The position numbers were made by a program, and so were the translations under genes. The notes beneath the pieces were generated by a model. The model did not search any database, was not told the origin of the DNA, and saw only the letters and a list, made by a program, of their open reading frames with translations. Below, one piece after another: positions 11,757-25,025 of a stretch of DNA of 64,000 bases; positions within the stretch are counted from its first letter, which is position 1; every line of letters starts with the position of its first letter. Source of the stretch: Entomortierella parvispora E1425 (taxonomy: Eukaryota > Fungi > Mortierellomycota); contig BQFW01000015.1 in NCBI GenBank assembly GCA_020891255.1, positions 1,488,001 to 1,552,000 of the forward strand, read 5' to 3'.

Positions 11757-13321
11757 TTACTGGCGACCCCAGTCACCATCGGAGCGACCCTGCTGGGCCT
11801 GGTAACCGCCATAGCCTAATGGAAAAGAAACAAAATGGGAAAGAATGAGTACCAAGATATATCGGGAGAGGACAGGATGTGCTCTGTGGACAAAGGACAA
11901 AGACACTTACCGCCAGGGCTCTGACGGGGGGCACCGTTGTAGCCAGTGCGGAATCCGCCACGGGGGGCAGAGCCGGGAGCGCGCTCGGAAGCACGGTCAA
12001 CCTTGATCTGGCGACCCTCGAACTCCTGCTCGTGCAAGGCGTGGATGGCAGCGCTGGAGGAGGCATCGTCAGCGAAGGTGACGAAGCCGAAGCCGCGGGA
12101 GCGACCTAGAAGAAATGGAAAAAAAAAAGAGTGGGTGAGCATCTAGGTCCAGGTCACGTGCCCGTAGAACGGTTGGGTCCAGATCGATAGAGAGATGAGA
12201 GACAGGATGGATCTCTTAGACACATACCGGTCTCGCGATCCTTGATGACGATGGCATCGACAACCTCGCCGTACTGGGAGAAACCGTGACGAAGGGAATC
12301 GTCGGTGGTGTTCCAGGAGAGACCTCCGATAAACAACTTGCTGGACCTAGAGTGTGGGGAAAGAGTCATGATTAGGGGGGGAGATACACCAAAGAGCAGG
12401 CAAAGGACAACATGAACAAGGGGGGGGAGGGGGTTGCAGCACTGTGGTGCTGTGCAGGACCCGCAGCCCATGAAATAAATAGGGGGGAGAGGACAATGGC
12501 TTCGAAACAGACGTCGATGGCGACACGAGCAACCAAGGGGAAGGTGCCAATCAAACACAAAGAAAAAAAAGAAAAAAAAATGGGATCCCATGAAATCTCC
12601 CTCTCCCAGCCGCAGTTCCAGGCCATTTCAGGCAAAAAAAAGCAGTGGGGCAACGAACACAGACGGGTTAGGAGCTCTCCTGTCCTTCTCTCACGCCAGG
12701 CGGGACGAGATCAGGAAGAGGCACATGCGTCTGCTGGCGTGCCTCAGTCGTGAGACAGAGGCAGATGACAGGGCGGCGAGAGGCTGACAAAGAGACCTAT
12801 ACGGCGACCAACCAGAAGACGGAAGACACTTGGCACCAGCGTCCTTCATCCTTACTCCTTCCTTCCGTTACACCTCCTCCTTCTCGCACAATGGTATCAA
12901 AGAAAAATATCTGAAATAATCGAGAACAGCTGTACTTTGACTTTTTGACGGTGCAAGACTGGTTGTTCTTTTTATTTAGATTACAAAGGAACGGTGAACG
13001 AACTGGCACTTTCTTATCGAGCTCTTTTTTTTTTTTTTTTTTTGGGCTTCCTCATCTTCAGATCTCACTCTCATCTTTCTGGACAAGCAATCTCATCACA
13101 ACAAACGCACAAGGGGGGGGAGTGACAACAAGGTCACAGGGATAGAAACAAGCAAGGACAACAAGAGTAACCGCACAATAGAGAAAAAAAAAAGAGATGG
13201 AACAGGGACAGACACAATACATAAAAAGACACTGAAAGAGGGAGAGAACGAGAGAGAGAGAGAAAGAAGAGAAAGAGGTTCGAGAAAGAATGCAAGGTGC
13301 ACCTATCCCAAGGACTTACAT
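11757..13321 (-). CDS. Glycine-rich RNA-binding protein (single RRM, GRP/CIRBP-like), 124 aa
   Basis: Exons AT(13321-13320), 12346-12228, 12105-11911 and 11815-11757 sum to 375 nt: [12 protein letters not shown] (RNP2)...[10 protein letters not shown] (RNP1)...RGG/GYGGY tail. TATAAAG lies ~86 bp upstream (13407-13412). Confidence 0.9.
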
Positions 13322-13562
13322 GATAATAGTAGGGTGGGGGTGGGTGAAAGGGATGAGTGAGGGGATAAGGAAAAGAAGAGAAGCACAGGGAAGAAAAGAT
13401 AACAACTTTATACTTCGACCCCGCCGCGTGCCGTGGTATTGCAAAAAGGCGCCTTTGCTGCAGTCACTGTGGAGTGGGGCGGACGCGTGTCGTGTCGTGA
13501 CACGCCGTGATGCCCTCTTCCCTTGTCTTTGTTTCTGCGATGGCGGCCATGAGGAACAGTGC

Positions 13563-13589
13563 CTCTCTCTCTCTCTCTCTCTCTCTCTC
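13563..13589. repeat. (CT)n microsatellite
   Basis: Uninterrupted CT dinucleotide run. Confidence 0.85.
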
Positions 13590-13704
13590 CACCGTTGCTT
13601 CTTCGACGCAAGATACATTGGCCACATAGAGTAGAACAATCGCCTCTCAAGTCTCAAGGAACGGTGATATAATAAATACATTCTGTTGACTAGCAGCAAA
13701 CTCT

Positions 13705-14865
13705 TTAGTTCTTGAAGACCAAGTTCATCTTCATGCTGGAGGCAGCAGCTGCGGTAATAGGGAACTTGGAGGACTGGTCAAAACCAGTGAACACAAGCTT
13801 CAATCCCTCCTTGGCCGGGAAGTAAGTACTAAGAGAAACACCCGCATTCGCCTTGAGAACCACACTGCAGATGCTCACGCCCGGCACAATATTCAAATTG
13901 GTCACCGAAGCAATGCCCACGAGCACCGGTGTCACGTCAGAGGTCCACACTTGGAAATCAACATCCCCAAACAGGATCGTGATCGTGGAAGGGTTCGTGG
14001 CCGCAACCTTGAACTGGGCCGTGTCCACACCTCCGATGTTTGTCACGGCAGAGACTGAACTCAATGCACTCTGAAACTCTCCTCCAAAGTTATTGAGACC
14101 GCCCAAAGTGATAGGCAAAGAGATGCCAACGCCCGGAATCGAGATTGTCTTTGCTGGGACAGTCGGCATGAACGCTCCAAAGGGACCCGCGATCGACTTG
14201 GCGGCTGATGATGCAGAAATGGACAGGTCGACATCGACAGTGCCGCCGAGGGTAAAGGCATGAGAGACTTTGGTGGCAATACCCTCGAGGAAGGTCTTGA
14301 AGGCAGGAAACTGCTCAGCACCGACTGTCAACGTCGTAGCTGTCAGTTCCACGTCAAGGTTGTTGCCGGTCGTCTTTGCAGAGAGCCACGCCGAGGCAAA
14401 CGAGCCGGCGCTCTGGCCACCCTCCTAACAGATAAAAGTTCAACGAGAGAAGATCGCGTCAACATGATGTTCAGTGTTACTCTAAGATGGCCGTTCAAAC
14501 TGTTGTTGCTTACCAAGATCGACAACTGAGCGCATCAAGAGTTCACAAATGTCACGGGTAAAGGAGCATCGAGAGAAAGAGAGACAGAGAGAGAGGGGAG
14601 GAGAAGGAAGGAGAGGAAGAAGAGTAGAAACATGCGTAAGTACGTTGCCGACAAAACAGCATCAAAATGAAAAAGAAACGAAAAAAAAGTTACCGTCAAC
14701 TTGGCGCGGCGAACAGGAATGGAGGGAAGTCCAGCGGCAGTCAAAAGTTGGACGTCAACACCCGTCGATGCAATCGTGGGCACTGCACCACTGATGTCAA
14801 TTTTCAGGTCAGTCAACTTTGCGCCCTTCACCAATCCTACGTCGTGCTTCGATCGAAATGATGGT

Positions 14866-14898
<33 letters not shown>

Positions 14899-15239
14899 AC
14901 ACGCGTTAGTCTCCGTTGAGTCTCCAATGGCTGTCGCTGTGAAAGATTGCACAACTTCTTACAGCGAATTCCGATAGACAGGACGATGAAAGCATTGGGG
15001 CTGGAGAGACCGTCATTCTTGAGAACAAAAAGACATGTTAGTCATAAAGCGATGCGTATGAGAGGGAACAGAAACCGACGATATGAGTATACTTACTGAG
15101 CAAGGCAAGCCACTGCGCCTGCAGCAGAGGCCGCTGCATCCACAGCATCAGCAACGCGCTTGAGGAGAGTAGGGTGAGCATAGATGGTGGAGGCGATGGC
15201 GATGGCGCTCGCAAGGAGAACTGTGGTAGAGATTTTCAT
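13705..15239 (-). CDS. Secreted DUF3712/LEA_2-like protein, array copy 1 (divergent), ~360 aa
   Basis: Exons 15239-15097, 15017-14963, 14846-14694, 14525-14514 (12 nt) and 14424-13705, all GT-AG and in frame. Signal peptide MKISTTVLLASAIAIASTIYA, HPTLLKR, ITLGGLNNFGG, TNPSTITILFGDVDFQVW. Family name rests on motif resemblance only. Confidence 0.85.
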
Positions 15240-15781
15240 TGTCCAAGTTGTTGTATAAAGATTGGGGATTCGAATTGAGAACAAACGCGGATATCCAACT
15301 TTTATAAAGTCCACTGGCGGTGAAGGGATGGGCGGATCGGGCGATGAGCCACAGGGAAATAGCACAAGGAAGACGGGGCGATATCGGCCACTGGCCCCCT
15401 GAAATCGGCCGAGCTGTGCGATCCACACCATCAGGTATCGGTGTAGGTTACTATCAAAGGATCTAAGGGGAAGAACAGTGGAGGGGGTGCGACTTTCAGG
15501 TTCCCGTTGAGATGCAGGTGAGACCTACACCAAGGGGGTACAAGCAAACAGACAAAGAAGAAGGAGAGAGGGAGAGTGATTTGAACAATAGTGCCCTGAC
15601 ATGGATCAATAAGACTGACGGTTCGAAGCGGCTCAACCCACAGAACTGAGATGCGATCATCATACTCTCAAAGTTGAAGCGTGAGTTTGACTCTGTAGAC
15701 AATATGTAAACGCTGGCCCTGATATTTATTGAGAAACACACAACACATATAGAGGGATATAGCATCAGTGGTAGCGCTCTT

Positions 15782-17219
15782 CTACAGCACGAGGTCAAAC
15801 TTCACAGCTACGAGAACATCAGCAGCAATTGGGTGCTTGGATGAGCCCGCGAACCCTCTAACCGACAGCGTCAATCCAGTCTTGACAGGAAAGTATTTGT
15901 CAAGCTGACCAGCGGCATCGACCTTGACGATAACATCATACGTTTTTGTGCCGGGCCCCACGTTCATGTTTACCACTGACACGATGCCCACATACTCTGG
16001 CTGTGCGTCCTTGGACCAAAGCTGAAAGTCGACATTGCCCAACTCCACCAGGATATCGGTGGGACTGTTGACCACGATCTGACCTTGAATCAGGCGCTCG
16101 CCCGAGGCGCTTGTCTGGACGGCAGTGTCCAAGTGACCGTGAACGACCCCACCAAAGTTGTTAAACCCTTTCAACGTAATAGGAACAGTGATGCCCAAGC
16201 CAGTAATGGGAACCGGTTTTGACAAAATAGAACGAGCTTTGAGACCAAGAGACTTTGGAACCGCGTTGAGAGCATCATTGAAGGCGACGGAGAGGTCCAC
16301 ATCGGTTGTACCGGCGAGCACGATTGCGTGTGACTCGGTCGTAGCCAGGGCCGTCAGGAGGGCAATAAAGGCAGACGTCTGCTCTGTAGTAATGGTCAGA
16401 CGCGTGGCAGGGAGGACCATGTTGATCAAAAAGCCCTTGTGCGTAGTGGACAACCACACTGATTCAAACGATCCAGCATTGGATGAACCGTCCTAATATG
16501 AAAAAAGGGGGTGATTAAACGGCTTGGAAAGAAGCGAAGGGGTGCAAGGAACTGGGACAGGCTCTTTGTTTTTCAACATACCATGATAGTCAACTGAACT
16601 CAGCACGGCAGAGAGAGTAGACAGAAAGAGAGAGAGTAGAGGTATTTAGTACAGATACCACAGAACCACAAACATTGACTCTAAATGATCGGTCCATTTA
16701 CATCGAGCTTGGCACGACTGATAGGGAGCGAAGAAAGCCCAGTAAACGACACGACCTCGACCTTGATATCACTCGATGCGATCGATGGGAAGTCGCTTCC
16801 TAAGTCAAATTCCAGATTGGTCACCGTTGCGCCCTTGATCAAGCCGAGGTCATGCTGTGTTAGGAAGAAGGAAAGGTCTTGGTCAGCGTTTACTGCAGTC
16901 TTTTTTTTCTTTTGATTTATCATAAAGAACGGCCGCTTACGCCCAGCTTGGATTGGCAGTCAAATATGGCATTCCGACTCGAGTTCAGGGGATCCAACAA
17001 GATTCTATTGTAGCAGCCATCCAAGAAACGTAAATAACCACAAGGACAGGGAGGATTGGAGGCCAAAAAGATAGATAGAGAGAGAGTAGGTACTTACGGA
17101 GTAAAGCAGGCGATTGCCTCTGCCAAGTACTTCGCACGCTTGAAAAGGGCAGGACGGGCGTAGATGGTGGAGACGAGGACGGCGGTGCTCGCGATGAAGA
17201 TTGTTGTAGAGACTTTCAT
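15782..17219 (-). CDS. Secreted DUF3712/LEA_2-like protein, array copy 2 (type A)
   Basis: ATG 17219 (MKVSTTIFIASTAVLVSTIYARPALFKR), same 5-exon layout, microexon 16593-16582 (LTIM). Last exon has ITLKGFNNFGG...ELGNVDFQLWSKDAQPEYVG. Confidence 0.87.
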
Positions 17220-17773
17220 TGGATGTGTTGGCAGTGGGCTGTAGATTGACTTTTGGAGATTCAAAAAGGGAAGCAGAGGCGGACACCTGGACTTTTTATA
17301 AGGCGTAGTTAGGCAACAGCACAAGGTGTACTGGCGGCAATGGGTGTGGAAAACTAGGAGGGAACGGTACCAGGAAGACGAAGGAGACATAGATCTATTG
17401 CCCCTGATATCGTGCCGAATGGCAAGACTCCCATTGTCGGGCACCTGTATAGCTGACTTTGGTATGGTCTACAAGGTGGGGCGCTGTGGAAGTGAGGGGG
17501 AGCACGGCGGAACAGGGGGGTGGGGCAGGACTTTCAGGTTCTAGTAGGAACAGTTGAAGATGCTGAACGAGGACTTCACTCCTTACCATGACATGTTTTA
17601 CAGACACCGGCCAGGGAGAGCATGGACAGGGATAGAGGAGAGATGGAGGAGGAGTGAGCGCTTATGGTGTCCCACTGGATGGTCGAAAATGAAAACCACA
17701 AGGTGGCTTCATCCGCAGAATAGAAACGGAGACACGGTATTTATTAAGATATAATCCTTCCAGCGGCTCTCCT

Positions 17774-18552
17774 CTAGAATACGAGGTCAAACTGGACAGC
17801 TGCGACAACACCGGCAGCAATTGGGTTCTTGGACGAACCCGCAAACCCTTTAACCGTCAACGTCAATCCACTCTTGACAGGGAAGTATTGGTCGAGCTGA
17901 ACGGCAGCATCGACCGTGACAATGACATCATATGTCTTTGCGCCTGGCACCAGACTCAAACTGGCCACGGAGGCAATGCCCAGGTACACGGGCTGCGCGT
18001 CCTTGGTCCACAACTGAAAGTCAATATCGCCCAACGTCACCGAGATATCCGAAGGACTGGTGACTGTAACTTGGCCATGAATCGAGCGCACGCCCGTGGC
18101 ACTTGTTTGGAGGGTAGAGATGGAATCCAAGTGGCCCTGGGCAACTCCACCAAAGTTGTTGAAGCCCTTCAATGTAATAGGGGCGGTAATGGCCAAACCA
18201 GTAAGTGGAATCACCTTTGGTGCGGCAGCGGGAACCATGGCACCAACTGGGTTGGGAATCGCGTTGAGAGCACTAGCGATGGAGACGGATAGGTCCACAT
18301 CGGCCGTACCATCGAGCACGATTGTATGCGATGCTGTGGTGGCCAAAGCCGAGAGGAGGGCGATAAAGGCGGGTGTCTGCTCTGCAGTGATGGTCAGAGG
18401 TGTAACAGAGAGGCTCATGTCGAACGAAAAGCCCTTGGGCGTAGTGGCCAGCCACACCGAAGCGAACGATCCAGTGTTGGTGGTACCATCCTAATACAAA
18501 TAAGAAAAGGGTCAGAATAAACACTGAAAACGGTGCAAGGGAGTGGGACACG

Positions 18553-18583
<31 letters not shown>

Positions 18584-19277
18584 CGTTTGTTTTATCAATA
18601 TTACCATGATAGACACCTGAGCCCAGGTTTCGAGGAATGGATGAGAAACCGATAGCGATAGAAGAGAGAAAGAGGAGAGAGAGGAAAGAAAAGAGCGTTA
18701 TCGGTAAGTAGAGATGCCAACGATGAATACGACGAGCAGGCCCAACCAATCCCAATCGGTTTCTTTACGTTGAGTTTGGTACGGCTGACAGGGATCGAAG
18801 TAATCCCAGGAAACGACATGAGCTCGACACTGATATCATTCGTTGCGATCGTGGGAGACGCGCCTGTCAGGTCAAACTGCAGACTGGCCACCGTTGCGCC
18901 CTTGATCAAGCCGATGTCTTGCTGTTTTCGGAGAGGTAGAAAAAGAGAACTTCAACATCGAATCGGCTTCCTTTTTTTTTTATCAATCAAAGGACATGCT
19001 TCTTACAGTAAGCTTGGCCTGGCAGGCGGAAATAGCGCTCTGGGTTGCACTCGCGGGATTCAACAAGATGCTAACAGACATGCAAGAAATAGCTCGTCAA
19101 TAAACAGCAGGGAGAAGAGGATGGGAGGCTAATAAAATACATAGGAGGTTCTTACGGAGTAATACAGGCGACGGCATCTACAACATTTGCAGCACGCTTG
19201 AGAAGGATAGGATGGGCATAGATGCTCGAAGCGAGAACGACAGCACTCGCGATGAGGGTGGCGGTTGAGGCTTTCAT
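17774..19277 (-). CDS. Secreted DUF3712/LEA_2-like protein, array copy 3 (type B)
   Basis: ATG 19277 (MKASTATLIASAVVLASSIYAHPILLKR), microexon 18616-18605 (VSIM), last exon ends VQFDLVF-TAG. Confidence 0.87.
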
Positions 19278-19570
19278 TGTGTATGCGTGCTTGGCAATTG
19301 ACGATGAGTTTGAAGAAGAGAAACCAAGAAGTGAGGAAAACAAAGAAAAAAGGAGCTGGTACCAACCTGTCTTTTTAAAAAGGCGGGCCCTGAAAGGAAC
19401 GCAAGCTAGAAGAGGAAAATATCGAGATGCAAGGGGTGGAAGGAAGGGAGAGGGAAGGGAGAGCCCCAGAAACCATTATGGAAAGCAAGGGGTGGTGAAC
19501 TGTGCACAACTCGTCCAGGGATATGTTGCTCAACGCGACCTTCATTGCCCCCTTCGGTCTTTTGTTTTGG

Positions 19571-19575
<5 letters not shown>

Positions 19576-19615
<40 letters not shown>
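19576..19615. repeat. (TG)~20 microsatellite upstream of array copy 3
   Basis: Perfect TG run, absent from the paralogous region upstream of copy 5. Confidence 0.92.
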
Positions 19616-19618
<3 letters not shown>

Positions 19619-20455
19619 GGGGGGTATGTACTGCCAGGTCGGGACTCCTTGTGCAGAGATGGAGAAAACGGGGTGCAGATGTGGGTACAACACCCAAAGT
19701 GCATCAGAGACACCTGCATTGTTACATAGGCCCCTTGTTTTCCTCAAAGCCAGATGTGGAATTTGGCATCGGCGACAGCATCGGTGGCCAGTTGGTTGAC
19801 CGATGGACCCACGAATTGATCTGTTCCGAGAGTGCTTGCTGAGTTTTACGCAATGTCTTGTTGGCAGGGGAGGAAGAGCGGTTCGGCATTAGATCTCCCT
19901 ACAAGATTTCACTTCATGGTCCACTGATGAGAACCGAGTCGCAGCAAAAAAGTCAGGCACCAGAACATGACCGATGCGGTGGCACACGGTGTGGCAGGAC
20001 GCTAGCGTTAACACCGTCTGGTCCCCCTTTTTGGCAGGAAAATTCAGGAGGAGACAGGGAGCCGTTGTCAAGAGCCTGTGAATGAACCACAAGAAAACGC
20101 GTTAAGTGTCACAGCTGCAAGTTTCGTGTAGGCGGCCGTTACTGAAAGTGTGGCTAAGATTGTGTAGGTATAGCAATGTGTGGCGATGGGACAGTCGCTG
20201 GCTCAAGAAGACAACATTGAGAAACGCACACACAGAGAGAGACAGGAAGAGAGATTTGAGAGAAAGTGCTCTGACATGAATGACGGCTCGAGGTGACTCA
20301 ATCCGCAGAACTGGGATGCAGTTACCACATTCTCAAAGTTGAAGCATGGGGTTGACTCTGTGGATAGGATGTTCTTGTTGGAAACGCCGATCCGATGTTT
20401 ATTGAAATACATACAAACACTCATAGAGAGATAGAGCATTTGTAGCGGCCCTCCT

Positions 20456-21896
20456 CTAGAACACGATGTCAACCTTGACAGCAGCGACAACACCGGCAGC
20501 AATTGGGCGCTTGGATGAACCCGCGAATCCTTTAACCGACAGCGTCAATCCAGTCTTGACAGGGAAGTACTTGTCGAGCTGGACGGCAGCGTCGACCTTG
20601 ACAACAACATCGTACGTTCCTACGCCGGGTCCCAGGCTCATGTTTGCCACCGACAAAATGCCCACATACTCTGGCTGCGCATCCTTGGACCACAACTGAA
20701 AGTCAACAGCGCCCAACTCCACCAGGTCATCTGCGGGACTGGTGACGATGATCTGACCATGAATCAGGCGCTCACCAGAGGCGCTTGTCTGGACGGCAGA
20801 GGTAGTATCCAATTGACCGCGGATGACTCCACCAAGGTTGTTAAAACCTTTGATCTTGAGAGGAGTAGAGACACTCAAGCCATTAATTCGAACACCCTTG
20901 GACAAGAGAGAGCGAACCTTGAGACCTAGAGACTTTGGAAACGCGTCGAGAGCATCATTGATAAAGACAGTGAGGTCTACATCGACTGTACCGGAGAGAA
21001 CGATTGTATGAGACTCAGCTGTAGCCATAGTAGAGAGGAGGGCGATAAAGGCGGGTGTCTCCTCTGCAGTGATGGTGAAAGGCGTGGAAGGAAGGACTAT
21101 GTCGACCAAAAAGCCCTTGGGCGTAGTGGTCAACCACGCTGAAGAGAACGATGCAGTCTTGTGGGGACCATCCTAATATACCAAGAAAAAAAAACGGTGA
21201 GAAAAGATTGCTGGGGAAGACAAGGACATGGACATGGCACGATGCTCTTTAGCTCCATATATGTTACCAAGATAGCCAACTGAACCCAGGTCAGAAAAAA
21301 AATAGATGGAAAGAGTTGGGTGCCCGTTAGTGAGGATACTAGAGATGCAGAGGAACTTCAAAGGTCGACTCGAATGATCCGTCTGATTTACATTGAGCTT
21401 GACACGATTGACGGGAAACGAAGAAAGACCAGTAAACGACATGAGTTCGACAGTGATATCATTCGATGCAATTGTTGGATGCTCGCTTCTCAGGTCAAAC
21501 ACTATATTGGCCGCTGTTGCGCCCTTGGCCAAGCCAAAGTCGTTCTGTTTTCGGACGATAGAAAGATAGGGTGAACATTTTCTGCGGCGTCTTTTTCGGA
21601 GTATCAGGAAAGGGAACTGCTGCTTACACCGAGCTTGGATTGGCAGTCAGAAATAGCGCTCTGACTGAAACCAAAGGGATTCAATAAGATCCTAGAAGCC
21701 ATCCCAGAAAAGGTAAACAACGGCAAGCACAGGGAGGATTGGAGGTCAAGAAAAAAAAAAGAGGATGCACTTACGGAGTTAAACAGGCGACTGCCTCTAG
21801 AACATATTCCGCACGCTTGAGAAGGGCAGGACGGGCGTAAATAGTAGAGGCGAGGACGACAGCGCTCGCAATGAAAATGGCGGTGGAGACTTTCAT
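20456..21896 (-). CDS. Secreted DUF3712/LEA_2-like protein, array copy 4 (type A)
   Basis: ATG 21896 (MKVSTAIFIASAVVLASTIYARPALLKR), microexon 21279-21268 (LAIL). Shares the PKSLGLK..S.LSK loop with copy 2. Confidence 0.87.
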
Positions 21897-22552
21897 TCTA
21901 TGTGTGGCAGCGGGCTATGGAATGATAGTTGAAGATTCAAAAAGGGAAACAAAGATGGATACCGCAACTTTTTATAGGACGTAGTAAGGCTAGAAACAAG
22001 GTCCAATGCAGTAATAGGATGAGAGGGCTACGAGAGGATAGTATCAGGAAGATGAAGGAGGCATAGGACATTGACCCCCCCCCCCAAGATCGTGCCAAAT
22101 AGCCCTGATTCGCACTGTCATTCCAAGGGGAAGCAGAGGGGAAGAGGGCGAGTGCGGCGACTTTTAGGCTCTTGTGGAAACAGCCAATTGTGGTGAACGA
22201 GGACTTAACCCCTTCCCACGACATGGCAAAATGAGATACTGGTGGGGCCGACATCCAAGGGGTATATGGACAAGGACAGAGGAGAAATGGAGAGGGAGAC
22301 TGAGAGAGAGGGAGAGTGGGAAAGAGAGAAAGCTCTAGATTTAAATAATGGTATGCGAGGGCAAGACCAATACGAATACCACAAAGTGGCTTCATCCACA
22401 GAACCACGACGCGTTTACCATAGTCTCCAAATGTCGAAGCATGAACTGTCTACTGCTGTGAATGAGGAGTACTGGCTTCGATGCTGGTGCAATATTTATT
22501 GCGATACATACAACACACCTAAGAGATATATAGCATCGGTAGCGGCTCTCTT

Positions 22553-24044
22553 CTAGAACACAAGGTCGAATTGGAGACCTGCGACAGCTTTGGCAGAAAT
22601 TGGGTTCTTGGACGAACCCGCAAACCCATTAACCCTCAGCGTCCATCCCGCCTTGGCAGGGAAGTAATTGTCAATCTGAACGGCAGCATCGACCTTAAGA
22701 ATGGCATCATATGTTTTTGCGCCTGGCGCCAGGTTCATATTTGCTACCGAAGCAATGCCCATGTATACTGGCTGTGCATCCTTGGTCCACAGCTGAAAGT
22801 CAATATCGCCCATGGCCACCAGAAGATCCGAAGGACTGTTGATCGTAAACTGGCCATGAATCAAGCGCTCGCCCGTGGCACTTACTTGGGGGCTAGAGAT
22901 GGAATCCAAGTGGCCCTGAACAACTCCACCAAAGTTGTTGAAGCCCTTTAACGTAAGAGGAGTGCTGATGGCTAAACCAATCATTGGAATCACCTTCAGT
23001 GCGGTAGCGGGAACTATGCCACCAAATGGGCTGGTGATCGCGTTGAGAGCGCCAGCAACTGAGAATGTAATATCCGCATCAACCGTACCAACGAGCGTGA
23101 TTGAATGCGACGTTGTGGTGGTCAAAGCCGAGAGCAGGGCGACAAAGGCGGGTGTCTGCTCTGCAGTGATGGTCAGAGGTGTAACAGAGAGGCTCATGTC
23201 GAGCGAAAAGCCCTTGGATGTAGTGGCCAACCACGCCGAAGCGAACGAACCAACACTGGTGGTACCATCCTAATATGAAAATAATATATTAATAGTTGCA
23301 TGGGTTAAAAATGATACCGATCGTTGGCAAAAATGGGACACGCAGACTCTTTTTTTTCTGTTTTATCAATATTACCATGATAGACAACTGAACCCAGGTT
23401 TTGAGCCACGGCAGAGAAACCAATAGAAGAGAAAAAGGAGAGAGAGAGAGAGCAGCGGTATCGGTAAGTAGAGATGCCAAAGATGAATAAGACGAGTCAC
23501 GAGTTAGCCCAACCAATCCCAATCGGTTTCTTTACGTTGAGTTTGGTACGGCTGACAGGGATCGAAGTAATCCCAGGAAACGACATCAGGTCAACACTGA
23601 TGTCATTCGTTGCGATCTTGGGAGACGCGCCTGTCAGGTCAAACTGCAGGCTGGCCACCGTCGTGTCCTTGACCAAGCCCACGTCTTGCTGTTTTCAAAG
23701 AGGTAGAAAAAAAGAACGTCAACATCTGCTTTTTTTTTTTTTTGTCAATCCGAGGACCTGCTGCTTACAGCAAGTTTAGCCTGGCAGTCGGAAATAATTT
23801 TCTGATTCGCGCCCAAGGGATTCAACAAGATGCTATAATAACAGACATGCAAGAAATAGCTCGTCAATAAACAGCAGGGAGAAGAGGATGGGAGGCCAAT
23901 AAAATATATAGGGCGTTCTTACGGAACAAAACAGGCGAGGGCATCTGTAACAATTGTGGCACGCTTGAGAAGGATAGGATGGGCATAGATGCTTGAAGCG
24001 AGAACAACGGCACTCGCGATGAGAGTGGCGGTTGAGGCTTTCAT
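22553..24044 (-). CDS. Secreted DUF3712/LEA_2-like protein, array copy 5 (type B)
   Basis: ATG 24044 (MKASTATLIASAVVLASSIYAHPILLKR, identical to copy 3), microexon 23387-23376 (LSIM), ends LQFDLVF. Confidence 0.87.
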
Positions 24045-25025
24045 TGTGCAGGCGTGCTTGGCAGTTGACGATGAACTGAGGAAGAGAAATCGAGATGAGG
24101 GGAACAAAGAAGAAGAAAAAAAAGAGGTGGCACCAACCAGTCTTTTAAAAAGCTGGGCCTAGAAAGGAACGCAAGCTAGAAGGGGAAGAGGGAGGGGGGA
24201 AGGAGAGGAGAGCCCCAGAACCTATATTGGAAAGCAGGGTGAACTGCCAGGTCGGGGTCCCTGTTCAGAGATGGACAAAGGGGCGCAGATGTGGACATAA
24301 CGTCCAAAGCGCACGAAAGGCATCTGCGTCAAAGGCAACGCCACATAGCCCCCTTGTTTTCAAAGAGCCAGGTGGAATCAGGAACTGGCGTAACGGCAGC
24401 GCCGGTGGCAACCGGGTTGACCGTTAGACCCACGTAATGACCGTTCGCCACTGTCTACTCCATTTAGAACTGTTCGGAGAGCACTTGTTGATCCCTACGC
24501 TCTGCTCTGACGGACAGAGGCGGGCTGACATTGTTGGTAGAGGGGGAACCACAATTTGGGTCGGCTTAATCATTTTCCAGGGAGGAGGAACGGCTCGATG
24601 TCAGATTTCCTACAAGAGTTCACTAGCACGGTCGCGCGCCTTACTGAAAGTGTGGTTAAGCTTGTAGAGGAATTTCACCGTGTGGGCAACGTGGTACACA
24701 CCTGTCAGCTCAAGAAGACAACAGACAGAAAGAGTGGGGGCTGAGAGATCTTACAACTTGCTCTTGAGGTCTGTTGAGGCTGGTGTCCCCATCTGGGAGG
24801 GGCTATGGTGTGCCTGCACCCTGACCCTGAAGAGAGGGGCAAATTGCTACAAGACCTCCGAGCTTTTTCTGCCTTTTTTTTTTCAGGGGGAATGCTTGAG
24901 TGCCATTGTAAACCCGCTTCGATGAATAGAGTGGTAAGAACGTGGGTGTATTTAATGTGCAGATATGTAGATGGGTTCACAGATGACGATATTACGATGC
25001 AAAAGTAGAAAGCATCATCTCTCTC

